Below, one piece after another: positions 56,372 to 64,000 of a DNA stretch of 64,000 nt. The DNA comes from Bacilli bacterium. GTDB taxonomy: Bacteria; Bacillota_I; Bacilli_A; RFN20; CAG-826. The position numbers were made by a program, and so were the translations under genes. Location of the stretch: assembly GCA_024408505.1 (NCBI GenBank), contig JAKSUZ010000005.1, forward strand, positions 2,055 through 66,054, read 5' to 3'. The notes below the pieces were generated by a model that saw nothing but the letters and a program-made list of their open reading frames with translations, had not been told where the DNA came from and did no database searches. Numbering within the stretch: position 1 is the first letter of the stretch; every line of letters starts with the position of its first letter.

Positions 56372-57256
56372 TTATTGCAAACTCTTTAAAGAGGAAACAT
56401 CTTTTTTGATTTGCTTAATTAATTCTTTCTCGTTTTTAAATTTCTTTTCGGGACGAACGAAATCTACAAACTCAACATAGATTTCTTTATTGTACAAATT
56501 GCCAGTAAAATTTTTAATATGAACTTCCAAAATCGGTTCTTTTAATTTATTAACCGTTGGGTGAACTCCAACGTTAGCAATCCCTAAACGAGGAATGCCT
56601 AACACATAGGTAATAACTTTATAGACCCCGAACTTTGGAACAACATAAGTTTTATTAATCTTAATGTTCGCAGTCGGGAATGTAAGTTCGCCACCTTTTT
56701 GATAACCCGAAATTACTTTCCCTTTGATTTGATATGCTCTTCCTAAATATTCATTCGCCTTTTTAATCTTCCCTTCTTTAATAAAAGAAATGATGTCATT
56801 ACTAGATATCTTTTTGTTATTTCTTTTTAAGAAGTCAACAATATGAACAGTGTAATATTTTTTTAGATAAGTAATATCACCTTGACGATTTTTTCCAAAT
56901 TTAAAATCGTGGCCGGCAATTAAAGAAGAAGGATGAATTTTATCTAAAAATTTCTTTTTAAATTGTTCGGCGGATAAGTTCTTGAAAGCTTTAGAAAAAG
57001 GAAAGACAAAAACATAATCAACTTTCAACGCTTTAAATAAATTTAAACGGTCTTCAAGACTAGTGATACTTTCTTTACCCTTCACTCCGCTATCAAAAGT
57101 GATGATTCCGATTTGATCATCTGAAGTAACTTTTGCTTCATTAATTAAACGTTGATGCGCGATATGAACGCCATCGAAATATCCTAAGCATAAGCAAAGC
57201 TTTTTATTTAACTTAGGCACATTAGTAAGAGTTGAGTTAATCTTAAATACTTTCAT
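56372..57256 (-). CDS. ribF: Bifunctional riboflavin kinase / FMN adenylyltransferase
   Basis: Contains 'LGYFDGVHIAHQ', 'GHDFKFG' and 'GFPTANI'-like 'TFPTANI'. ATG 57256 gives the usual roughly 24-residue lead-in. The track start at 57292 is a GTG. Confidence 0.9.
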   Translation of the reverse strand: MKVFKINSTLTNVPKLNKKLCLCLGYFDGVHIAHQRLINEAKVTSDDQIGIITFDSGVKGKESITSLEDRLNLFKALKVDYVFVFPFSKAFKNLSAEQFKKKFLDKIHPSSLIAGHDFKFGKNRQGDITYLKKYYTVHIVDFLKRNNKKISSNDIISFIKEGKIKKANEYLGRAYQIKGKVISGYQKGGELTFPTANIKINKTYVVPKFGVYKVITYVLGIPRLGIANVGVHPTVNKLKEPILEVHIKNFTGNLYNKEIYVEFVDFVRPEKKFKNEKELIKQIKKDVSSLKSLQ

Positions 57257-58094
57257 AACGGAATCCGCGTTTACAATAATATAGCATATCACTTTTGTTT
57301 AACTCGTATAAAGCTAGAGCTTTACTTTTATCGACAATTAACACTAAATCATCTTTTAAATCTAATTTGATTGGTAAACCATTCATGATTTTCTTTTTAT
57401 CGGGATAATTAACTTTTTTAATTTTAAGCGCTTCTTTTAAATCTATGATGCTTTCTTCAGTAATATCGTTTACCTTTTTAACATTTGCGATTTTATAATT
57501 CCCAATTGCAATTCTTTCAAGATTATTAAGATAACCTACTTCATTTAATTTGTGCGCTAAATCAACACCTAAACTACGAATATATGTTCCTTTGTTACAT
57601 TTTACGTAGAAGTAAATATGGTCCTTCTTAAATGCGATTAAACGAACATCATAAATAATTTGAACTCTTGGTTTAACTTTTACTTTTTTATCTTCTCGAG
57701 CGTATTCATACAAAGGCTTACCTTTAACTTTAATAGCGCTATAGATAGGCGGGGTTTGTTTAATCTTACCCACAAATGAATGAAGTGCTTTATCGACTTC
57801 TTCAAAGGTATGTTTCTTAATCTTTTTCTTCTTGATTACTTTACCTGTTACATCATAGGTATCAGTCCCTTTACCTAAAATTAATTCAGCGATATATTCT
57901 TTACTCTCATTTTCTAAATAAGGTAACACCTTAGTGCCTTCGTTAACTCCTAAAATTAAAAGACCACACGCAAAAGGATCTAGTGTACCAGCGTGACCAA
58001 TTTTACTAGTATGGAATTTTCGTTTTAAAAGACGAATGACATCATACGAACTCATTCCTTTTTCTTTTTTAACAAAAACAATCCCGTGCTTCAT
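57243..58094 (-). CDS. truB: tRNA pseudouridine(55) synthase
   Basis: 283 aa with 'GHAGTLDPFACGLL' (catalytic Asp motif) and a PUA-less short form. Confidence 0.9.
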   Translation of the reverse strand: MKHGIVFVKKEKGMSSYDVIRLLKRKFHTSKIGHAGTLDPFACGLLILGVNEGTKVLPYLENESKEYIAELILGKGTDTYDVTGKVIKKKKIKKHTFEEVDKALHSFVGKIKQTPPIYSAIKVKGKPLYEYAREDKKVKVKPRVQIIYDVRLIAFKKDHIYFYVKCNKGTYIRSLGVDLAHKLNEVGYLNNLERIAIGNYKIANVKKVNDITEESIIDLKEALKIKKVNYPDKKKIMNGLPIKLDLKDDLVLIVDKSKALALYELNKSDMLYYCKRGFRYESI

Positions 58095-58125
58095 GTTTAT
58101 TATTTTATACTATAATAATAAAAGT

Positions 58126-58857
58126 ATGAAAGCGATACGCATTATCTTAGCGGGATTACGTAATGCCGATAAGACCTATAAACTAATTAATAAAGGCGAC
58201 AAGATTGTCGTTGGTATTAGTGGCGGTAAAGATTCACTCGTATTATTTTATGCATTAACACTTTATCAAAGATTTCAACATACTGACTTTACGCTTTATC
58301 CAGTGATGATCGATTTAGGCTTTCCAAATTTTAAACCCGATAAAATCAAAAAATGGATAAAGAAATTAGGCTATAAATTAATTATCAATGATTCAAAGAA
58401 TGTTTACCCGATTTTAAAAGCTAATCAAAAGAACAAAAAACATTTACCATGTTCGATATGTTCAAGAATGAAGAAGGCGATTATGAATGCAGTGGCTCAC
58501 GAAGTGAAGGCTAATAAAGTGGCCTTCGCTCATCACATTGATGATGCGGCTGAAACTTTATTCATGAATATCTTCTATACAGGTAAGATTGCAACCTTCG
58601 AACCTAAGATGCACTTATCACGTCAAAATATTGATTTCATTCGTCCATTAATTTTCTCCAAAGAAAAAGATATCGCTAGATGCGCAAAAGAAGAAAAAAT
58701 GCCAGTAATAAAATCTAATTGCCCGGCTGATAAGCAAACATCTAGAAAAGAGATTAAAGATTGGTTAGCGAGTATCACTAAAAATAATAAATTAATCAGT
58801 AAAAATATCTATACCGCTCTTAAGAATGAAGAGCAGGTGTTACTATGGAAAAAATAG
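58126..58857 (+). CDS. TtcA-like PP-loop ATPase (tRNA 2-thiocytidine biosynthesis family)
   Basis: PP-loop 'GISGGKDS' and Cys motifs 'LPCSICSRMKK' and 'SNCPAD'. Start set at ATG 58126, because the track start at 58036 overlaps truB. Confidence 0.7.
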   Translation: MKAIRIILAGLRNADKTYKLINKGDKIVVGISGGKDSLVLFYALTLYQRFQHTDFTLYPVMIDLGFPNFKPDKIKKWIKKLGYKLIINDSKNVYPILKANQKNKKHLPCSICSRMKKAIMNAVAHEVKANKVAFAHHIDDAAETLFMNIFYTGKIATFEPKMHLSRQNIDFIRPLIFSKEKDIARCAKEEKMPVIKSNCPADKQTSRKEIKDWLASITKNNKLISKNIYTALKNEEQVLLWKK

Positions 58858-58875
58858 TTAACCATAATTAACAAA

Positions 58876-58906
58876 AAGGAGGATGTTTACATCCTTCTTT
58901 TTTTGT
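58876..58906 (+). terminator. Rho-independent terminator after the TtcA-like gene
   Basis: A 10-bp stem AAGGAGGATG / CATCCTTCTT (one G-U pair) with loop TTTA, followed by a T-run. Confidence 0.75.
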
Positions 58907-58922
58907 TATATGATAACCCAAT

Positions 58923-59531
58923 ATGACTTGGCAAATTATCCTTGAAGTATTGCTATTTGGTATTGCATTAAGCATGGATGCTTTTGCGGTCTCAATTACC
59001 GATGGATTAATCTATAAAGACATCAATAAAAAGAAAGCATTTTTTATTGCCAGTGTCTTTGGTTTAATGCAAGCCTTAATGCCCTTGATTGGTTATTGGA
59101 TTGTTGAGGGTGTTTCAATTGCAGTCGGCAATGTAATTGCTCTAGTAGTTACTTGGGTAGCCTTTGCTTTACTTTTAATTGTTGGCGGGAAAATGGCTTT
59201 TGATGGAATCAAAGCTCTTCGTTCTCCGGTTAAAAAAGAAGCTAAAAATTTTAGCGTTAAAGAAGTGTTACTCTTTGGCATTATAACTTCAATTGACGCT
59301 TTGGCAGTCGGTGTTTCATTCCATACTGGCATCTCTGATAACATTTCAATTTTCTTACACGTTTCAATTATTTTAGTATGCACTTTTATCATTTCCCTGT
59401 TAGGTGTTTTATTGGGCAATGTCTTTAATCGTCTTTTAAAAGGCAAATACGAAATCGCCAGCATTATCGGTGGAGTTATATTAATTGCCCTAGCAATTTG
59501 GGTAGTAACATCTCACTACTTAGGTATCTAA
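58923..59531 (+). CDS. mntP: Manganese efflux pump MntP family protein
   Basis: 202 aa with six TM segments and duplicated 'DAFAVS' / 'DALAVG' motifs. Confidence 0.8.
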   Translation: MTWQIILEVLLFGIALSMDAFAVSITDGLIYKDINKKKAFFIASVFGLMQALMPLIGYWIVEGVSIAVGNVIALVVTWVAFALLLIVGGKMAFDGIKALRSPVKKEAKNFSVKEVLLFGIITSIDALAVGVSFHTGISDNISIFLHVSIILVCTFIISLLGVLLGNVFNRLLKGKYEIASIIGGVILIALAIWVVTSHYLGI

Positions 59532-60509
59532 TTATTTCTTTAAACAAAGCTTTACTAAATCATTAACCGTTGAGAACGCAACGCATTCAACAGTGTCGGC
59601 TGCGCCATAGTAAATTTTGACTTCACCATTCTTCTCTAAAATTAAACCACCAGGAAAAATAACATCATTACGATATCCACCAGTTCTTTCATATTTAGTG
59701 ACAGGTGACATTAAAGGTTTATTATAATATCCAATTACTTTACTCGGATCTTTTAAGTCTAAAAGCATAACACCTACATAGTAGATTTTTTGCCATTTCT
59801 TTTCCCAACCATTCTTCCCGCGCTTTGGATCAAATTCAACCGAATGGAATAGGCAAAGCCAACCATATTTAGTTTTAATTGGAGGGGTTCCTGGTCCAAT
59901 CTTCGCATTTGAGAATTTAACTTTCTCAGCACCTAGGACTAATTTAGAATTGCCCCAATATTTTAAATCAGCTGAATCGCTCATCCAGATATCAAAATAT
60001 TCTCCGCCACGAGAATAAACTGGGAACGGCCTTTCTAAGCGAACATACTTTCCGTTTATCTTTTCAGGGAACAATACCATATTACGATTATCAGGTGTGG
60101 TTAAAGAGATTATCTTTAATTTAGTGAATGATTTATTTAATTTACCAACTCCGCCCCTAATGCCATGATGAGTATCGCAAGCAAAAGTCATATAGATTTC
60201 ATCATCAATTATTTGCAAACGTGGATCATATATTCTTTTAATTTCATTATCACGTAAAACAAAATGAGTATTTTTATCTACAGTCCAATGTAGACCATCT
60301 TTACTTTTCGCTAAACCAAGATTAGTACCCGCTAGACCAACACTGTCGCATGGTGTACCAGTATAGTCATTACGGAATATCATGTAATAAACGTTATGAT
60401 ATTTAATAACTCCTGCATTAAAAATTAAATCTGCTTTATATGGAATATCCTTTCTGGAAAGGATTGGGTTGTGTTCATATCTTTTAACTAAATTTAAGTC
60501 TTTAAACAT
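59532..60509 (-). CDS. GH130 family glycoside phosphorylase/hydrolase (beta-mannoside phosphorylase-like)
   Basis: 325 aa. The N-terminal 'RYEHNPILSRKDIP....IFNAGVIKY...YYMIFRND' and later 'DPRL', 'IYYGAADT' blocks are typical of GH130 (DUF377). Confidence 0.75.
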   Translation of the reverse strand: MFKDLNLVKRYEHNPILSRKDIPYKADLIFNAGVIKYHNVYYMIFRNDYTGTPCDSVGLAGTNLGLAKSKDGLHWTVDKNTHFVLRDNEIKRIYDPRLQIIDDEIYMTFACDTHHGIRGGVGKLNKSFTKLKIISLTTPDNRNMVLFPEKINGKYVRLERPFPVYSRGGEYFDIWMSDSADLKYWGNSKLVLGAEKVKFSNAKIGPGTPPIKTKYGWLCLFHSVEFDPKRGKNGWEKKWQKIYYVGVMLLDLKDPSKVIGYYNKPLMSPVTKYERTGGYRNDVIFPGGLILEKNGEVKIYYGAADTVECVAFSTVNDLVKLCLKK

Positions 60510-60510
60510 A

Positions 60511-60867
60511 TTATTTCTTCTTTTTTATTTTTTCGAGTTCAGCATGATCCTTCTTTAGTAAATCATTCATTTTTTCATCAATGATAAAACGTTGGTCGTG
60601 AATAAAACGAATCTCAGGGGTCTTATATATCGAAAGTTTTTGCGCTAATTCGTGACGAAGATATGGCGCCATTTGCACTAATTTATCAAATGACTTCTTA
60701 GCATCTTTACTACCTAAGAATGAAACATACACTTTGGCTACACTATAGTCATTACTAACTTCAACATTATTAACCGAAACAAAGCCAATTTTGTTATTAG
60801 CGTTTGCTAAAACGATATCGCGAATATTGCGGTCAATAATCGCTTTAATCTTCGGCTTGCGGTCCAT
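60511..60867 (-). CDS. rbfA: Ribosome-binding factor A
   Basis: 118 aa. 'VSVNNVEVSNDYSVAKVYVSF' and 'PEIRFIHD' are typical of RbfA. Confidence 0.9.
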   Translation of the reverse strand: MDRKPKIKAIIDRNIRDIVLANANNKIGFVSVNNVEVSNDYSVAKVYVSFLGSKDAKKSFDKLVQMAPYLRHELAQKLSIYKTPEIRFIHDQRFIIDEKMNDLLKKDHAELEKIKKKK

Positions 60868-60868
60868 A

Positions 60869-62710
60869 TTATTTGGCCTCTTCTTTCATTTCAAAGGCTT
60901 CAATTACATCGCCTTCATGAATATCGTTATAACCTAAAATCGTTGCGCCACATTCAAATCCGCTCTTAACATCACTAGCATCATCTTTAAATCTTTTTAA
61001 GCTAGCAAGTTCACCATCATAAATAATAATGCCATCACGGATTAAATGAATCTTGCTTCTTGCTTTGATATGACCTTCGGTCACATAACAACCAGCAATG
61101 GTAAGCTTATTAGCTTTAAAGAGATTTCTAACTTCCATTTGACCCATCGTAACTTCTTTGAGTTCAGGTTTAGTTAAGCCTTTTAAGGCGCCTTCGATTT
61201 CTTCAATTAAAGCATAGATAATACGATGTAATCTAATTTCAACTTTCTCTTCTTCTGCTTTTGCTTTGATGTTGGCGGTTGGGCGAACATTGAAGCCATA
61301 AATAATAGCGTTAGAGGCACTCGCTAAAGCGATATCACTATCAGTGATTGCACCAGCGGTTGCTCTGATAATATTAACTTTTACACCTTTGATGCTAATT
61401 TTCATAATGCTACTTTTAAGCGCTTCTACTGAACCAGTCGAATCCGCTCTGATTAATAAATTTAAAGTAGTAATTTCGCCTTCCTGGGCTTGTTTATATA
61501 AGTCATCAAGACTTCTAGCAGCGGTTCCACTTCTCTCTTGCTCTTCGCGTTGTAAATGACGTTTTGCGGCAATCTCACGAGCTTCTTTCTCGGTTGGGAA
61601 TGCCATGAAGTGATCACCCGCATTCGGAACTTCATTTAAACCAGTAACGCTTACTGGTGTAGATGGTGTTGCGGTTTTCATCACCTTTTGATGTTCATTT
61701 ACCATTCTACGAATGTGACCATAAGAAGTACCGACAACCACGTAATCACTATTATTAAGAGTTCCGTTTTGAATTAATAGAGTTGCTTTTGGTCCTTCAC
61801 CTTTATCAAGCTTTGCTTCTAGAACTGTTCCCATTGCATAACGTTTTGGATTGGCTTTAAGTTCAAGGACTTCACTAAGTAAAAGAATATTTTCCATTAA
61901 ATTCTCAATACCAATATTTTTCTTAGCACTAATTTCGCAGAAAATATTTTTGCCACCGTATTCCTCAGGAATAATTTCGTAATTCATTAAATCATTTTTA
62001 ACGCGTTCAATATTGGCGCCTTCTTTATCAATCTTATTAATAGCCACTACAATTGGTGCACCCGCGGCTTTCGCATGATCAATTGCTTCAACGGTCTGTG
62101 GCATAACACCATCATCAGCCGCAACTACTAGAATTACAATATCAGTCACACTAGCGCCACGACTTCTCATCGCAGTAAATGCTTCATGCCCTGGAGTATC
62201 AATAAAGGTAATCTTTTTACCTTTTACTTCTTTTTGGTAAGCACCGATTGCTTGAGAGATACCACCTGCTTCAGTAGCAACGACATTAGAATTTCTAATC
62301 GCGTCGATTAAAGTAGTTTTACCATGGTCGACGTGACCCATAACTGTAACAACTGGTGGACGTTCCACTAAATCTTCTTTCTTATCTTTAATTTCAACTT
62401 CTTCAAAGTTTTCGGCTTTTACTACTTTTTCTTTTTTAAAGTCATAACCGAAGTTTAAACAAACTTCACCAATCGATTCATCATCAAGCATTTGGTTAAT
62501 TGTAACCATCTTCTTGTTCATAAAGAAATACTTAATAATGTCACTAGGCAAAATGTTTAATTGTTTAGCGAGTTCACCAACACTAAGTGAACGAGTGAAA
62601 ACAAAGACACCATTATTAACTTTATTAAGATTCTTGTTATGTGATTTAAGATTGTTCACATTCGAGATTCTCTTATTATTGTTATAAGAACGATTATCTT
62701 TCATCTTCAC
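60869..62710 (-). CDS. infB: Translation initiation factor IF-2
   Basis: 613 aa with G-domain motifs 'GHVDHGKTT', 'DTPGHEAF' and 'NKID'. The C-terminal domains are conserved. GGAGG Shine-Dalgarno sequence upstream. Confidence 0.95.
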   Translation of the reverse strand: MKMKDNRSYNNNKRISNVNNLKSHNKNLNKVNNGVFVFTRSLSVGELAKQLNILPSDIIKYFFMNKKMVTINQMLDDESIGEVCLNFGYDFKKEKVVKAENFEEVEIKDKKEDLVERPPVVTVMGHVDHGKTTLIDAIRNSNVVATEAGGISQAIGAYQKEVKGKKITFIDTPGHEAFTAMRSRGASVTDIVILVVAADDGVMPQTVEAIDHAKAAGAPIVVAINKIDKEGANIERVKNDLMNYEIIPEEYGGKNIFCEISAKKNIGIENLMENILLLSEVLELKANPKRYAMGTVLEAKLDKGEGPKATLLIQNGTLNNSDYVVVGTSYGHIRRMVNEHQKVMKTATPSTPVSVTGLNEVPNAGDHFMAFPTEKEAREIAAKRHLQREEQERSGTAARSLDDLYKQAQEGEITTLNLLIRADSTGSVEALKSSIMKISIKGVKVNIIRATAGAITDSDIALASASNAIIYGFNVRPTANIKAKAEEEKVEIRLHRIIYALIEEIEGALKGLTKPELKEVTMGQMEVRNLFKANKLTIAGCYVTEGHIKARSKIHLIRDGIIIYDGELASLKRFKDDASDVKSGFECGATILGYNDIHEGDVIEAFEMKEEAK

Positions 62711-62738
62711 CCCTCCTTTTAAACTAGTTTAAAGAATA

Positions 62739-64000
62739 TTACTTCTCTTCGTCGTAGTATTCGTCGAATTCATCATAATCGACATCATCTTCTTCATCGA
62801 AGTTCTCTTCGGCATTCTCGTTTTCTTCTGCTTCAATTTCACGAAGTTCTTCTTCGGTATAGATGTCCATCTTTTTGACTTCTTCTTTCTTCTCGTCCGT
62901 CTTGTCTTTCTTTTCTTCGTTAGGAACTTCACTTTCAGTGATTTTTCTTGGACGACGAGTTTTCTTCTCGCTCTTTTTCGCTTCCTCTTCTTTTTCTTTT
63001 TCGAGTTGCTTTTCAAGATCAAGAATATTGGTTGTAGTCTTAATTTCAACATGTTCCTCAGCACGTTTTTGTGCACGAGTCGCTGCAGCTTTAGCTTTCG
63101 CTAATTCTTCTTCTAAGCTAGAGACTGGACCAGTTGCAACAGGTGTAACCTCTTCGCTTTCAGTCTTCTTAGCTTTCTTAGCGGCTGCACGTTTAACTTT
63201 AGCTTCTTCTTTAGAAGCAGTTGCGTTATCCGCCACTTTCTTAAGTTCAGCTTCTTTTTCTTTTTCAGCTTTATATTCGAGTGAATGTTTAGCAAAGTCA
63301 CTCTTGCGTTTAGCTTCTTTTCTTTCAGCGTCTTTCGCGTCAAGTTCTTCTTTAGTTGTGTACTTTAAGCCTTCTTCTTTCGCTGGAGTTTCTTCTAAAA
63401 TCGTTAAATCATAACCAGTTAATTGAACCGCTAAACGAACGTTTACGCCACGTAAACCAATCGCTTTAGAATATTGACCATCTTTAACGATACAAGTTGC
63501 TTCTTTTGCTTCTTCATCATCTTGGTCAATATTGATACCAACAACTTCCGCTGGACGAAGTGCATCAATAATATATAAGGAAGGATCTTCATTCCATGCC
63601 ACGATATCAATCTTTTCTTTATCACGACCATTGCCGCCTAATTGATTAACAACTTTGTTAATACGGCTTCCGTCTTTACCAATACATGAACCCGTTGCAT
63701 CAACATCTGGATCATTACTATAAACGGCGACTTTGCTTCTTTTACCAGCGCGTCTTGCAATACCTTTAATGACAATCGTGCCATCATAGATTTCATGAAT
63801 TTCTTCTTCAAATAATCTTTTTAAGAATCCAGGTGCGGCTCTTGTTACTTGAATACTACCTTTCTTTTCAGTAGAAACGTCGTCTAAATATAATTTAATT
63901 TGTTGACCAACGGTAAAAGTTTCATCACCAATCATCTCTTTACGGGTAAGATAGACATTGTTTTTACCAATATTAACCGTCACGGCTCTATCTTCAACTT
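62739..64000 (-). CDS. nusA: Transcription termination/antitermination factor NusA, partial (N-terminus beyond right edge), with a long K/E/A-rich C-terminal tail
   Basis: S1 and KH blocks are present: 'GSIQVTRAAPGFLKRLFEEE', 'GIARRAGKRSKVAV', 'DATGSCIGKDGSRI' and 'KAIGLRGVNVRLA'. The reading frame stays open to the window edge. Confidence 0.9.
   Translation of the reverse strand, partial: VEDRAVTVNIGKNNVYLTRKEMIGDETFTVGQQIKLYLDDVSTEKKGSIQVTRAAPGFLKRLFEEEIHEIYDGTIVIKGIARRAGKRSKVAVYSNDPDVDATGSCIGKDGSRINKVVNQLGGNGRDKEKIDIVAWNEDPSLYIIDALRPAEVVGINIDQDDEEAKEATCIVKDGQYSKAIGLRGVNVRLAVQLTGYDLTILEETPAKEEGLKYTTKEELDAKDAERKEAKRKSDFAKHSLEYKAEKEKEAELKKVADNATASKEEAKVKRAAAKKAKKTESEEVTPVATGPVSSLEEELAKAKAAATRAQKRAEEHVEIKTTTNILDLEKQLEKEKEEEAKKSEKKTRRPRKITESEVPNEEKKDKTDEKKEEVKKMDIYTEEELREIEAEENENAEENFDEEDDVDYDEFDEYYDEEK

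Noticed and set aside
4390-58125. N-terminal extensions in the longest-ORF track: 4431, 8223, 9402, 31781, 43459 (GTG), 46764, 55928 (GTG), 57292 (GTG), 58036.
   Set aside because: Downstream ATGs give canonical lipoprotein signal peptides or family-typical N-termini. They are preceded by Shine-Dalgarno or -10 elements. Several of the extended starts sit inside the -10 box or overlap the neighbouring divergent gene.
58858-58922. Possible yybP-ykoY Mn2+ riboswitch upstream of mntP.
   Set aside because: The spacer is only 65 nt, and about 30 nt of it are taken by the terminator hairpin of the upstream gene. There is no room for the roughly 100-nt four-helix riboswitch, and no conserved motif is visible.
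15932-61559. Antisense ORFs of 60-130 aa inside well-supported genes. Examples: 15932..16147, 16679..16903, 22850..23182, 23468..23653, 24561..24785, 29006..29332, 29516..29764, 32851..33069, 33997..34185, 36382..36777, 39105..39287, 39558..39755, 43675..43878, 43962..44162, 44951..45181, 47934..48116, 55707..55901, 59093..59464, 61344..61559.
   Set aside because: Each is fully contained in, or mostly overlaps, a longer ORF on the other strand that has clear family motifs. Their compositions are typical of antisense frames in AT-rich DNA.
62729-63631. Four ORFs (62729..63076, 62863..63414, 63113..63343, 63443..63631) with K/R-rich or S/F/L-rich low-complexity products.
   Set aside because: All lie inside the nusA reading frame, which has recognisable S1 and KH domains. 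They are frame or strand shadows of the repetitive GAA/AAG-rich tail coding sequence.
1-64000. CRISPR arrays, rRNA genes, transposases, integrases, and toxin-antitoxin or restriction-type defence genes.
   Set aside because: No regularly spaced direct repeats, no rRNA-like segments and no ORF with recombinase, nuclease or helicase hallmarks were found. The only mobile-element signal is the tRNA-flanked islet.
1-64000. Mycoplasma/Spiroplasma genetic code (TGA = Trp), suggested by the AT-richness and lipoprotein load.
   Set aside because: Standard-code ORFs are long and contiguous with intact domains. TGA is seen acting as a stop (for example at 1317-1319, rc TGA), and Trp positions I checked use TGG.

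Overview
This is a very AT-rich chromosomal segment, roughly 30% GC by eye, and almost wall-to-wall coding. The standard genetic code is in use: TGA acts as a stop and Trp is encoded by TGG. Nine predicted proteins carry lipobox signal peptides (MKK...[LA][AST]C). That lipoprotein load and the gene content fit an Acholeplasma-, Anaeroplasma- or RF39-like Mollicute or a related low-GC Bacillota; this placement is inference only.

Content from left to right:
- **1-3.1 kb:** a heterodimeric ABC-exporter pair.
- **3.2-13.1 kb:** surface lipoproteins and hydrolases, with thrC wedged between two paralogous lipoprotein genes.
- **13.2-43.5 kb:** a roughly 30-kb pectin / rhamnogalacturonan / hexuronate locus. 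It holds an LplABC-like ABC importer with extra membrane proteins, GH28-like, GH78, GH36-like, GH92-like and GH4 enzymes, uxaC/uxaB/uxaA, and two metallophosphoesterases. No transcription factor is encoded in it.
- **43.5-47.5 kb:** a Vat-type acetyltransferase, a stand-alone GMP-synthase ATP-pyrophosphatase subunit, and lipid-related genes.
- **47.5-48.9 kb:** a tRNA-Thr(GGU) gene whose 3' 16 nt are repeated 1.3 kb away, bracketing a one-gene islet with iteron-like repeats.
- **48.9-64.0 kb:** rimO-malQ-cls, tandem lipoproteins, a carD-like gene, and an interrupted nusA-infB-rbfA / truB-ribF-rpsO block.

No CRISPR array, rRNA gene or recognisable defence genes were seen.

The most system-like novelty is the nine-gene ABC operon. 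It carries four unassignable membrane proteins and a membrane-tethered GH28-like protein whose catalytic motifs are degenerate. Next come a paralogous pair of unknown roughly 600-aa proteins, one at the end of each of the two operons that diverge from the 31770-31825 intergenic region.
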